A DNA stretch of 32,000 nucleotides from an uncultured Clostridia bacterium. GTDB lineage: Bacteria; Bacillota; Clostridia; Christensenellales; Borkfalkiaceae. Where the stretch lies: assembly GCA_944372515.1 (NCBI GenBank), contig CALVZM010000046.1, positions 18,453 through 50,452 of the forward strand. Reading direction: 5' to 3'. Numbering within the stretch: position 1 is the stretch's first letter; each line of letters begins with the position of its first letter. Under the pieces are notes generated by a model. It ran no database searches and was not told where the DNA came from. It saw only the letters and a list, made by a program, of their open reading frames with translations. Shown here piece after piece: positions 1 to 8,124 of this stretch. The translations under genes were made by a program, and so were the position numbers.

Positions 1-44
1 CCCTTTTCATGCAGGCATGTCCGCGTGGAAAGGCAAAAAGCGTT

Positions 45-899
45 TCATTCGGTGAATACGTCCTCAAAGAGGGCGGCGGCGCCGCGGCGCATGACGCCGC
101 CGCAGATGCGGGCGGCGTGCGCGGGGAGCAGGGCATAGAGGAGTGCCATGCCTTTGGCGTCGATGCCGAAGACCTTTCTCTTTTTGCCCTTTGTCAGCGC
201 GCGTTCGATTTTATCCGCCATCTTTTCGCAGGGCATTGCCGCCATGGTGATCAGGCGGCTTTTTCCGATCTCGCTTTTCTGTCCGCGGAAAATATCCGTC
301 ATGGTGAAACCGGGCAGGATGAGGCACACGCGCAGTTTGTCCGCGGGATATTCCGCCGCCAGCGCTTCGGTGAAACTTTTCACCGCCGCCTTGCTCGCGG
401 CATAGGCGGTTACGCCCGGCAGGGGACAGAGCGCCGCCGACGAGGCGATGTTGCAAAGCAGGGGCGCAGGGGACTTTTTCAGCAGGGGCAAGAGCGCGCG
501 GCAGCCGTACACGACCGATAAAAAATCGGTGCGCACCGTCTGTGAAAAAAGTGCGGGATCGGTTTTGTCGAAGCGGCAAAATGGCGGCAGCATGCCCGCG
601 TTATTGATCAAAACGTCGGGCACGGTGTTCCGTTCTTGCAGTCGGAGCGCAAAGTCCTGCCAGGCGCTCTCGTCGCTTACGTCGAAGAGGAAAAAGGAGA
701 AGGCTTCCCCGAGTTCTTCCCGCAGGGCGGCGCAGCGTTCTTCGTTTCGCGCGACGCCGATGACGCGGCAGGCGTGTTTTTGCACGAGCCTGCGGCACAG
801 CGCCCTGCCGATGCCCGAGGATGCGCCCGTGAGCACCACCGTTTTGCCCCACAGACGGTCGTTTTTCTGTTGCGGCTTTGCCGCTGCGGCCGGGTTCAT
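45..899 (-). CDS. SDR-family short-chain dehydrogenase/reductase
   Basis: ORF 45..938(-). Rossmann motif TGASSGIGRA and catalytic YAASKAAV (YxxxK). Start placed at Met14 (899), where ATGA (896-899, minus strand) overlaps the stop of the upstream gene. Confidence 0.85.
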   Translation of the reverse strand: MNPAAAAKPQQKNDRLWGKTVVLTGASSGIGRALCRRLVQKHACRVIGVARNEERCAALREELGEAFSFFLFDVSDESAWQDFALRLQERNTVPDVLINNAGMLPPFCRFDKTDPALFSQTVRTDFLSVVYGCRALLPLLKKSPAPLLCNIASSAALCPLPGVTAYAASKAAVKSFTEALAAEYPADKLRVCLILPGFTMTDIFRGQKSEIGKSRLITMAAMPCEKMADKIERALTKGKKRKVFGIDAKGMALLYALLPAHAARICGGVMRRGAAALFEDVFTE

Positions 900-1318
900 A
901 GCGAACGCAGGACCTCGTTGACAAGTTTCATGTCGCATTTGCCCGCGTAATTGGCTTTGAAATGTTTCATGACGGCGGGCACGCTCCTGTCTGCGAGGGA
1001 GAGGATGACCGCCTTGATCTCTTCCGCGCTCATCATGGCGGGGATATATTTTCTGACGGTGGTGAGTTGTTTTTCGAGCGCGGCGACCGTTTCCGCCCGT
1101 CCCGCTTTGCGGAAGTTCTCCTGTTCCTCCAAAAGTTCCTTTTCGGTCTTGGAAGCGGCGGAAACGATGTCCGCTTCGGAGATGTCCTTGCCGTGGTTGG
1201 GGTCGGTCGCCATGAGCATCAGGCGGGAGATCAGGGCGTTATACGCCGTAACCGCCTCCCCGTCATGCGCCTTCATGGCGGCGATCTTGTCTTTTTTCAA
1301 GCCTTCCAGAGTCATCAT
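896..1318 (-). CDS. GatB/YqeY domain-containing protein
   Basis: ORF 896..1387(-). The product resembles the YqeY/GatB C-terminal domain family. Start moved to Met24 (1318), 10 nt downstream of GGGAGG (complement of 1329-1334). Confidence 0.75.
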   Translation of the reverse strand: MMTLEGLKKDKIAAMKAHDGEAVTAYNALISRLMLMATDPNHGKDISEADIVSAASKTEKELLEEQENFRKAGRAETVAALEKQLTTVRKYIPAMMSAEEIKAVILSLADRSVPAVMKHFKANYAGKCDMKLVNEVLRSL

Positions 1319-1383
1319 AAAATTCAAACCTCCCGAATGTTTATTTTTTTCGCTCTTCATTGTACCACGTTCCGGAAAAATTT

Positions 1384-1575
1384 TCAAGTATCTTGCGGAA
1401 CAAAGGCGTTTTTCCGTTCGTCGTAGACATATCCGATGCCGCGCAGCGCCGCCAGGATCTTTTCCCGCGGGGCGTCCTCTTCCTCGCAGAAGGTGTCCAA
1501 AGAGGGGTATCGGTCGCGCAGCGCGGTGTTGACGTAACTGAGCAGCATGACGGGATCGCAGGGTAAAAACGACAT
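1384..1575 (-). CDS. small DUF4250-like protein (63 aa)
   Basis: Inner Met of ORF 1384..1725(-). MSFLPCDPVMLLSYVNTALRDRYPSLDTFCEEED... matches my memory of the DUF4250 family. GGAGGC Shine-Dalgarno lies at complement 1581-1586. Confidence 0.6.
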   Translation of the reverse strand: MSFLPCDPVMLLSYVNTALRDRYPSLDTFCEEEDAPREKILAALRGIGYVYDERKNAFVPQDT

Positions 1576-1614
1576 ATTTTGCCTCCGATTTTGTTTTTCT
1601 TCCTTTTTATATGG

Positions 1615-1623
1615 ATTATAGCA
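1615..1623 (-). promoter_or_regulatory. extended -10 promoter (TGCTATAAT) for the DUF4250-like gene
   Basis: The minus strand reads TGCTATAAT about 40 nt upstream of the start at 1575. The -35 is poor. Confidence 0.4.
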
Positions 1624-1665
1624 TATTTTTTTTGAAAAAGGAAGGATTTTTTTCGGTAAAAGGTC

Positions 1666-1694
1666 TTGATTTTCTTTTCGTTTTGCTTTACAAT
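1666..1694 (+). promoter_or_regulatory. sigma-A type promoter TTGATT-17-TACAAT for glucokinase
   Basis: TTGATT at 1666-1671, 17-nt spacer, TACAAT at 1689-1694. About a 60-nt leader precedes the ATG at 1761. Confidence 0.5.
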
Positions 1695-1760
1695 ATAAAC
1701 TTGCAGGAGAAAACCGTAAAGTCATTTTGCGGCTTTATGCCGATATTGCAGGGAGGCACA

Positions 1761-2720
1761 ATGATTTACGTAGGGATAGATCTCGGCGGGATGTCCGCCA
1801 AATCGGGCGTGTTTGAAGACGGTCGGCTCATCCGCAAGGAGCGGGTGGACACCGATCCGGCGGACGGCGCCGAGGGCGTGGCGGAAAAGATCGGCGCGCT
1901 GGCAAAGAACGTGGCGGCGCATGCGGGGCTGCGCTTTGAGGACGTGCAGGCGATCGGCATCGGTTCGCCCGGCGTCATCGACAGTGCGGCGGGCGTCGTC
2001 GCAAAGTGGGGCAATTACAATTGGCGGCAGGTGCCGCTTGCGCGCATGGTCGCCGATCGCACGGGGAAGCCCGTCTGTCTTACCAACGACGCCAATGCCG
2101 CGGCGCTGGGCGAGGCGAAATTCGGCGCCGGCGCAAACTATAAGGACTGTCTGCTCATCACCCTCGGCACGGGGGTCGGCGGCGGCATCGTGCTCGGCGG
2201 AAAGTTATTCGAGGGTTATCGCAGTGCGGGCGCCGAGGTCGGGCACATGGTCATTCAGACGGGCGGCAGGCGCTGCGGCTGCGGCAGACGGGGGTGCTTT
2301 GAACAATATTCCTCCGCCACCGCGCTCATCCGCGACACCCGCGAAGCCATGGAGAGCAACAGGGCGAGCCTGCTTTGGGAGATCGCCGGCAGTTTGGAAA
2401 AGGTGGACGGCAGCACGGCGTTCAAAGCCGCCCGTGCGGGGGATGAGACGGCGCGGCGCGTCGTCGGGGACTATATCCGTTACCTTGCCGAAGGCATCGC
2501 CAATCTCGTCAATATTTTCCGTCCGCAGGCGGTCATGCTGGGCGGCGGCGTGTCCAACGAGGGAGAAGCGCTGCTCGTTCCGCTCAAAGAAAAGGTGAAC
2601 GAACGCATCTATGTGGGCACGGAGTATGCGCCGCTGGATATCCTGCGGGCGGCGCTCGGCAACGATGCGGGCATTTACGGCGCTTATGCCTATGCCTTGC
2701 AGCGGCAGACGGAAAGATAA
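1761..2720 (+). CDS. glcK: ROK-family glucokinase
   Basis: MIYVGIDLGG ATP-binding N-terminus, ROK signature and Zn-binding GHMVIQTGGRRCGCGRRGCFEQY. GGGAGG SD lies upstream of the ATG at 1761; the longer ORF from 1611 is an upstream extension. Confidence 0.9.
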   Translation: MIYVGIDLGGMSAKSGVFEDGRLIRKERVDTDPADGAEGVAEKIGALAKNVAAHAGLRFEDVQAIGIGSPGVIDSAAGVVAKWGNYNWRQVPLARMVADRTGKPVCLTNDANAAALGEAKFGAGANYKDCLLITLGTGVGGGIVLGGKLFEGYRSAGAEVGHMVIQTGGRRCGCGRRGCFEQYSSATALIRDTREAMESNRASLLWEIAGSLEKVDGSTAFKAARAGDETARRVVGDYIRYLAEGIANLVNIFRPQAVMLGGGVSNEGEALLVPLKEKVNERIYVGTEYAPLDILRAALGNDAGIYGAYAYALQRQTER

Positions 2721-2732
2721 AGACGCGTGTCG

Positions 2733-2767
2733 GCGGACGGAATGTTTTTATGTCCGTCCGCATTTTT
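2733..2767 (+). terminator. rho-independent terminator after glcK
   Basis: GCGGACGGA (2733-2741) pairs with TCCGTCCGC (2753-2761) and is followed by ATTTTT. Confidence 0.6.
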
Positions 2768-2846
2768 CATAAAAAAAGGTTTTTTGTCGCGGAGGAACCG
2801 CGGGAACGGCGGCGAACCGTCGCGGCGGTTCGGGAGGAGAAGGGAT

Positions 2847-3728
2847 ATGGCGTTTGTTTCGTCTCTTGCATTGAAAATATTTGCATTCTTTTCGGCACTG
2901 CACGACAAAAAGCGGGACAGGGGACTCATCGAACCGCCCGAACTGACCGTTTTCCGCGATCGGCGCTATGCGCCCGGCGGGCAGGAGCATCTGCTGGACG
3001 TCTATACGCCCGCGCGGGAGGGGGAGACGCTCCCCGCGCTCGTCTGCGTGCACGGCGGCGGGTTTTGTTACGGGGACAAGGAATTGTATCGCTTCTATTG
3101 CATGCACCTCGCCTTGCAGGGGTACACGGTGTTCAATTTCAATTACCGTCTGTTGCCCGAAAAATTTCCCGCGCCGTTGGAGGATCTGAACGACGTTATC
3201 GGTTTTATGCTGACCCATGCCCGCGAATACAGGGCAAAAGAAAACAAAGTCTATGCCGTGGGCGACAGCGTCGGCGCCCTTCTTTTGAGTGTGTATGCGG
3301 GCATGACGGCGTCCGCTGCCTATGCGGCTGCATATCCCTTCCGCGTCCCGCCCGTGCGCTTTGAGGCGATCGGGCTGCACAGCGGGGTCTATGACTGCGG
3401 AAACGGCTTTTGCGGAACGGCGCGGCATGCCGTCGCGCCGTGGATCGAGGGCAGGAAAGAGGCGGGTGCGCTCCTCTCCGCGCGGGCATATGTGCAGGAA
3501 GGCTATCCGCCCGTGTTTCTCTCTTACAGCGTCGACGACCCGATCACCGATGCGTCGCCCGCGTTTGCCGGATTGCTGCGGGAACGGGGCGTGCCCTGCG
3601 AAGCCGCTGTATACGGCGGGGCGGGAAAGCGGCAGGGACACGTCTTTCATCTGGACGTGCGCTCGCAAGCCGCCGCCGACTGCAACAAAAGGCAGCACGC
3701 CTTTTTTTCCGCCGCGGGAAAGGACTGA
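2847..3728 (+). CDS. alpha/beta hydrolase (esterase/lipase, HGGG type)
   Basis: VCVHGGGFCYGD oxyanion motif and GDSVGA nucleophile elbow. GGGAGGAG SD lies before the ATG at 2847; the ORF start at 2727 would run through the glcK terminator. Confidence 0.8.
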   Translation: MAFVSSLALKIFAFFSALHDKKRDRGLIEPPELTVFRDRRYAPGGQEHLLDVYTPAREGETLPALVCVHGGGFCYGDKELYRFYCMHLALQGYTVFNFNYRLLPEKFPAPLEDLNDVIGFMLTHAREYRAKENKVYAVGDSVGALLLSVYAGMTASAAYAAAYPFRVPPVRFEAIGLHSGVYDCGNGFCGTARHAVAPWIEGRKEAGALLSARAYVQEGYPPVFLSYSVDDPITDASPAFAGLLRERGVPCEAAVYGGAGKRQGHVFHLDVRSQAAADCNKRQHAFFSAAGKD

Positions 3729-3777
3729 TCGGGGAGAACGGCGGAAGAGGGAAAGGGAAGAAAGGGGGCAAAATTCC

Positions 3778-3805
3778 GATTTCACCGATTTTACGGGATT
3801 TTCAC
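3778..3805 (+). promoter_or_regulatory. three phased direct repeats GATTT(T)(C)AC upstream of the fabK promoter
   Basis: GATTTCAC 3778-3785, GATTTTAC 3787-3794, GATTTTCAC 3797-3805. Start-to-start spacing is 9-10 bp, and the array ends 10 bp before the -35. Confidence 0.3.
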
Positions 3806-3815
3806 TTGTCTGCCC

Positions 3816-3844
3816 TTGACAAATGCCGCCGGTTGTTTTACAAT
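3816..3844 (+). promoter_or_regulatory. sigma-A type promoter TTGACA-17-TACAAT for fabK-fabZ(-degV)
   Basis: TTGACA 3816-3821, 17-nt spacer, TACAAT 3839-3844. Confidence 0.6.
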
Positions 3845-3866
3845 AAAAGGGTGAGCCGCGTTCGGG

Positions 3867-3909
3867 CGCGCCGCGGGTGCGGCGCGGACAGCCGCACGGC
3901 GGCTTTTTT
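3867..3909 (+). promoter_or_regulatory. attenuator-like leader: GC hairpin plus terminator-like hairpin with a T6 run
   Basis: Helix 1: CGCGCCGC (3867-3874) with GCGGCGCG (3879-3886). Terminator helix: AGCCGC (3890-3895) with GCGGCT (3899-3904), then a T run to 3909. Alternative pairing: TGCGGC (3878-3883) with GCCGCA (3891-3896). Confidence 0.45.
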
Positions 3910-3931
3910 CGGATAAAGAGAGAAAACGCAC

Positions 3932-4879
3932 ATGATCAAGAGTAAAATTTGCAATCTTTTGGGCATTCGCTATCCCGTCTTTCAGGGCGGCATGGCATGG
4001 GTCGCCGACGCCCGTCTCGCCGCCGCCGTTTCCGAGGCGGGGGGGCTGGGCATCATCGCGGGCATGAACATGAACGGCGAACAACTCCGCGCGGAGATCA
4101 GGAAACTGCGCGCCCTGACGGATCAACCGTTTGCCGTCAACGTCATGCTGATGAGCCCGCACGCGGCGGAAGTCGCCGACGTGGTCGTGGAAGAGGGCGT
4201 TCCCGTCCTGACCACGGGGGCGGGCAATCCGCTCACTTACATGAAAAAATGGACGGGCGCGGGGATCAAGGTCATTCCCGTCGTGGCGTCCGTTTCGCTG
4301 GCGCGGATGGTCGCGGGGCGGGGTGCGACGGCGGTCGTCGCCGAGGGCGGCGAATCGGGCGGACACATCGGCGAGGCGAATACCATGCCTTTGATCCCGC
4401 AGGTCGTCGACAGCGTGGACATCCCCGTCATCGCCGCGGGCGGCATTGCCGACGGCAGGGGCATGGCGGCGGCGCTGATGCTCGGCGCGGACGGCGTGCA
4501 GATGGGCACGCGCTTCCTCGTGGCGAAGGAATGCCATATCCATGAAAATTACAAAGCCAAAGTGCTGGCAGCCAAAGATATGAGCACCATGGTGAGCGGC
4601 AGGCGGCTGGGTCATCCCGTCCGCGCCCTCAAAAGCCCGTTTGCCCGCGCGTTTGCCGAAAAGGAAAAGGACCCGACGGTTACCGATGAGGAACTCAACG
4701 CCTTCGGCACGGGCGCGCTGCGCAAAGCCGTTCTCGAAGGGGACGAAGAAGGCGGTTCCTTTCTGTGCGGAGAGGTCGCGGGGCTGGTCAAAAAGGAACA
4801 GACCTGCCGGGAAATCATCGAAGAAGTCGTTTCCGAGGCGGAGGCGCTGCTGCGCGCCGCCCCGCAGCGCTGCATGTGA
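3932..4879 (+). CDS. fabK: enoyl-ACP reductase II FabK (FMN-dependent, NPD family)
   Basis: YPVFQGGMAWVADARLAAAVSEAGGLGIIAG ... IPVIAAGGIADGRGMAAALMLGADGVQMGTRF aligns by eye along its length with the streptococcal FabK sequence I recall. Confidence 0.85.
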   Translation: MIKSKICNLLGIRYPVFQGGMAWVADARLAAAVSEAGGLGIIAGMNMNGEQLRAEIRKLRALTDQPFAVNVMLMSPHAAEVADVVVEEGVPVLTTGAGNPLTYMKKWTGAGIKVIPVVASVSLARMVAGRGATAVVAEGGESGGHIGEANTMPLIPQVVDSVDIPVIAAGGIADGRGMAAALMLGADGVQMGTRFLVAKECHIHENYKAKVLAAKDMSTMVSGRRLGHPVRALKSPFARAFAEKEKDPTVTDEELNAFGTGALRKAVLEGDEEGGSFLCGEVAGLVKKEQTCREIIEEVVSEAEALLRAAPQRCM

Positions 4880-4939
4880 GGCATCTCCTGCGGGAGCCCG
4901 ATGCGGACGGAAAAAATATTCGGAATAAGGGAAAAAACA

Positions 4940-5371
4940 ATGACAAGAGAAGAGATCAAAGAGGTTTTGCCCCACCGCGAGCCCATGCTGCTCGTGGATG
5001 AGGCGGTGAAAAACGAAGACGGCACGGTTACGGGAAAGTACACCGTGCGCGGGGATGAATTCTTTTTGCAGGGGCATTTCCCGGGCGATCCCATTGTTCC
5101 CGGCGTCATCCTCTGCGAAATGGCGGCGCAGTCCTCCTGCATGCTGATGGCGGAGGCGGTGGAGGGGAAGATCACCCTCTATGCGGGCATGAACAACGTC
5201 CGTTTCAAATCGCCGGTCCGCCCCGGCGACACCGTGGAATTCAATTGCGCGCATATCCGCTCCGTGGGTCCCATCCACTTCATCAAAGCCGAGGGGCGCG
5301 TGAACGGAAAATTGTGCGTGAGCGGAGAGTTCTCCTTTGCGCTGGTCGACGGCGCCAAGGCGGGACGATAA
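4940..5371 (+). CDS. fabZ: 3-hydroxyacyl-ACP dehydratase FabZ
   Basis: LPHREPMLLVDE and GHFPGDPIVPGVILCEMAAQ hot-dog dehydratase motifs. Start taken at MTREE (4940) inside ORF 4901..5371. Confidence 0.9.
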   Translation: MTREEIKEVLPHREPMLLVDEAVKNEDGTVTGKYTVRGDEFFLQGHFPGDPIVPGVILCEMAAQSSCMLMAEAVEGKITLYAGMNNVRFKSPVRPGDTVEFNCAHIRSVGPIHFIKAEGRVNGKLCVSGEFSFALVDGAKAGR

Positions 5372-5408
5372 ATTTCAAGCATTTCAAAAATAAGGAGACA
5401 AGAAAAAA

Positions 5409-6272
5409 ATGTATCGTTTGTTCTGCGATTCCAACTGCGAACTCTGGCACACCACCGTCAAGGATTTGGGGCTCAACGTCATCCGCATGCCCTACACCGT
5501 CGGCGACAAGGAATATTTCTACGACATGGGCGAGCATACCGATTTCAAGGCGTTCTTCGAGGCGATGAAGCAGGGGGCCGTGCCCAAGACGAGCGCGCTC
5601 AACGAGTATGCCTACACCGAATATTTCGAGCCCGTGCTCGCCCGCGGGGAGGACATTTATTATGTAACGTTCTCCCATCAGATGAGCGGCACGTTCGGCG
5701 CAATGAAGAGCGCCATTGCCCAACTCAAAGCAAAATATCCCGATCGGGAGATCCGCTATAAGGACAGCAAGACCATTTCCCTGGGCAGCGGGTTCGTAAC
5801 CTACTATGCCGCCCTCAAATACAAAGAGGGAGCGACCATGGACGAGTTGGACGCCTATCTCGATGAACTCATCCCGCACACCGCGACCTATTTCGTCGTG
5901 GACGATCTGACCTATCTGCACCGCGGCGGACGCATTTCGGGCGTCTCCAAAGTCGTCGGCAACCTGCTCGGCATCAAACCCATCCTGCGCTTCGACGAAG
6001 AGGGCAAGATCGTCAATTTCGCCAAGGTCAAGGGGCTGAAAAAGGCGCTCGGCGTGCTGCGCGACTATATGCGCATGAAGGGCAGCGAATTGGATAAATA
6101 CAAGGTGTTCGTGTTGCAGGCGGACTGCGAAGAGGTCGCCGAAGGATTTGTCAAGAGCCTCAAAGAGGAGTTCGGCGACATCGACGTGCAACTGCAACCC
6201 GTGGGACCGGTCATCGGTTCGCACTGCGGTCCCGGCACCATCGGGCTCATCTTCCACTGCTCGGAGCGCTGA
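5409..6272 (+). CDS. DegV family fatty-acid-binding protein (FakB-like)
   Basis: Typical DegV N-terminus (CDSNCELW...), GGRISG motif and C-terminal GSHCGPGTIGLIF. Confidence 0.9.
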   Translation: MYRLFCDSNCELWHTTVKDLGLNVIRMPYTVGDKEYFYDMGEHTDFKAFFEAMKQGAVPKTSALNEYAYTEYFEPVLARGEDIYYVTFSHQMSGTFGAMKSAIAQLKAKYPDREIRYKDSKTISLGSGFVTYYAALKYKEGATMDELDAYLDELIPHTATYFVVDDLTYLHRGGRISGVSKVVGNLLGIKPILRFDEEGKIVNFAKVKGLKKALGVLRDYMRMKGSELDKYKVFVLQADCEEVAEGFVKSLKEEFGDIDVQLQPVGPVIGSHCGPGTIGLIFHCSER

Positions 6273-6321
6273 AAAAAGCCCTCCGAGGGGCAAAAAAACA
6301 GAAAAGAACGAAGAAAAACGC

Positions 6322-6350
6322 GCGCGGAGCCGAGGCTCCGCGCATTTTTT
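6322..6350 (+). terminator. rho-independent terminator after degV
   Basis: GCGCGGAGC (6322-6330) pairs with GCTCCGCGC (6335-6343), followed by ATTTTTT. Confidence 0.75.
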
Positions 6351-6371
6351 GTCCTCTTCTTCCCCATTCGT

Positions 6372-6400
6372 TTGACAATTTTTTCCGCGGCATTTATAAT
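6372..6400 (+). promoter_or_regulatory. consensus promoter TTGACA-17-TATAAT ending 8 nt before the ABC exporter ATG
   Basis: TTGACA 6372-6377, TATAAT 6395-6400. Only GAAACCGT lies between the -10 and the ATG at 6409. Confidence 0.65.
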
Positions 6401-6408
6401 GAAACCGT

Positions 6409-8124
6409 ATGAAAAAAGTATTTTCCTATCTGAGCGGGTACAAAAAAGAATCCATTCTTTCCCCCCTCTTCAAACTGCTCGAAGCGTGCTTTGAACTTGC
6501 CGTGCCGCTCGTCGTCGCGTCCATCGTGGACAGGGGCATCGGGCAGGGGGACAGGGGCTATGTCCTGGGCATGTTTTTCGTCCTCATCGCCCTCGGCGCG
6601 GTCGGACTGGCGGCGTCGATCACGGCGCAGTATTTTGCCGCGAAAGCCGCCGTCGGATATTCCTGCCGCCTGCGCCGCTCTCTCTTTGAAAAAATGCAGT
6701 TCCTGAGTTTTGCCGAGATCGACTCCCTCGGCGCGGCGACGATGATCGCCCGCATGACCGTGGACGTCAATCAGGTGCAGACGGGCATCAACATGACCCT
6801 CCGCCTGCTGCTGCGTTCTCCCTTCATCGTATTCGGCGCCATGATCATGGCGTTCACCGTGGATTGGCAGGCGGGCATCGTGTTTGCCGTCGTCATTCCC
6901 GTGCTGGCGGGGGTCGTCGCCCTCATCATGGGCGTTACCATCCCCATGTATAAAAAGACCCAGGCAAGGCAGGACGGGCTCCTTCTCTCCGTGCGGGAGA
7001 ACCTGACGGGGGTGCGGGTGCTGCGCGCCTTCTGCAAAGAAGGGGAAGAGATCGCCCGTTTCGATGCCAAGAACGCCGCGCTCAAAAAGAGCCAGAACAT
7101 CGTCGGCGCCGTTTCGTCGCTGATGAATCCTCTGACCTATGCCGTCGTCAACGCGGGCATCATCGTCCTTCTCTATGTCGGCGCCGTCCGCGTGGATGCG
7201 GGTTCGCTCACGCAGGGAGAGGTGCTTGCGCTGTACAATTATATGTCGCAGATCCTCGTCGAACTCATCAAACTCGCCAACCTGATCATCACGGTAACCA
7301 AATCTCTCGCCTGCGCGCGGCGCATTGAGCGGGTCTTTGCGCTGGATAATCCCCTGGAACGCATCGGGGACGGCGCGGTGTACACCGAGAACGCCGTGGA
7401 TTTTGAAAACGTGTCGTTCTCTTATAACGGCGGCGGCAACGCCCTCGAAGACATCTCTTTCTCCGTGAAAAAGGGGGAGACGGTCGGCATCATCGGCGGC
7501 ACGGGTGCGGGCAAGAGTTCCCTCGTCAACCTCATCGGGCATTTCTATGACGCGACGGCGGGGCGGGTGCTGGTGAACGGCGTCGACGTCAAGGCGCAGG
7601 ACCCCGCCGCCCTGCGCGAAAAGATCGGCATGGTGCTGCAAAAAGCCGTGCTCTTCAAGGGCACCGTCCGCGAAAATTTGCTGTGGGGCAACGAGGACGC
7701 GACGGACGAAGAACTTCTGCGCGCCGTTGCGCTTGCGCAGGCGACGGACGTCGTTGAGGCAAAGGGCGGGCTGGACGGCGAGATAGAGCAGAACGGCAGG
7801 AACCTTTCGGGGGGACAGCGCCAGCGCCTTTCCATTGCGCGCGCGCTCGTCAGGCGCCCCGAGATCCTCGTGCTCGACGACAGCGCGTCCGCCCTCGATT
7901 ATGCCACCGACGCCGCGCTTCGCCACGCCATTGCCTCCCTGCCCGACAAACCCACGACGTTCATCGTTTCCCAGCGCACTTCTTCTTTGCAGCATGCCGA
8001 CAAGATCGTCGTGCTCGACGAGGGCAAAGCCGTCGGCATCGGCACGCACGAGGAACTTCTGGAATACTGCGAGGTCTACCGCGAAATTTACGGTTCTCAG
8101 TTCAAGGAGGCGACCCATGCCTGA
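6409..8124 (+). CDS. ABC exporter, fused permease/ATPase subunit A (degenerate Walker B)
   Basis: Type-I exporter TMD, Walker A GGTGAGKSS, signature LSGGQRQR, Walker B ILVLDDSAS (Asp at 7879-7881 in place of the catalytic Glu). Confidence 0.9.
   Translation: MKKVFSYLSGYKKESILSPLFKLLEACFELAVPLVVASIVDRGIGQGDRGYVLGMFFVLIALGAVGLAASITAQYFAAKAAVGYSCRLRRSLFEKMQFLSFAEIDSLGAATMIARMTVDVNQVQTGINMTLRLLLRSPFIVFGAMIMAFTVDWQAGIVFAVVIPVLAGVVALIMGVTIPMYKKTQARQDGLLLSVRENLTGVRVLRAFCKEGEEIARFDAKNAALKKSQNIVGAVSSLMNPLTYAVVNAGIIVLLYVGAVRVDAGSLTQGEVLALYNYMSQILVELIKLANLIITVTKSLACARRIERVFALDNPLERIGDGAVYTENAVDFENVSFSYNGGGNALEDISFSVKKGETVGIIGGTGAGKSSLVNLIGHFYDATAGRVLVNGVDVKAQDPAALREKIGMVLQKAVLFKGTVRENLLWGNEDATDEELLRAVALAQATDVVEAKGGLDGEIEQNGRNLSGGQRQRLSIARALVRRPEILVLDDSASALDYATDAALRHAIASLPDKPTTFIVSQRTSSLQHADKIVVLDEGKAVGIGTHEELLEYCEVYREIYGSQFKEATHA

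Noticed and set aside
7835-8116. A 94-codon N-terminal extension of ABC subunit B (ORF starts at 7835), and similar upstream extensions of hisS (23077), hslU (21242), rnhB (10276), the NUDIX gene (9861) and glcK (1611).
   Set aside because: The extensions overlap the preceding genes or terminators. In each case an internal ATG with a good SD gives the N-terminus typical of the family.
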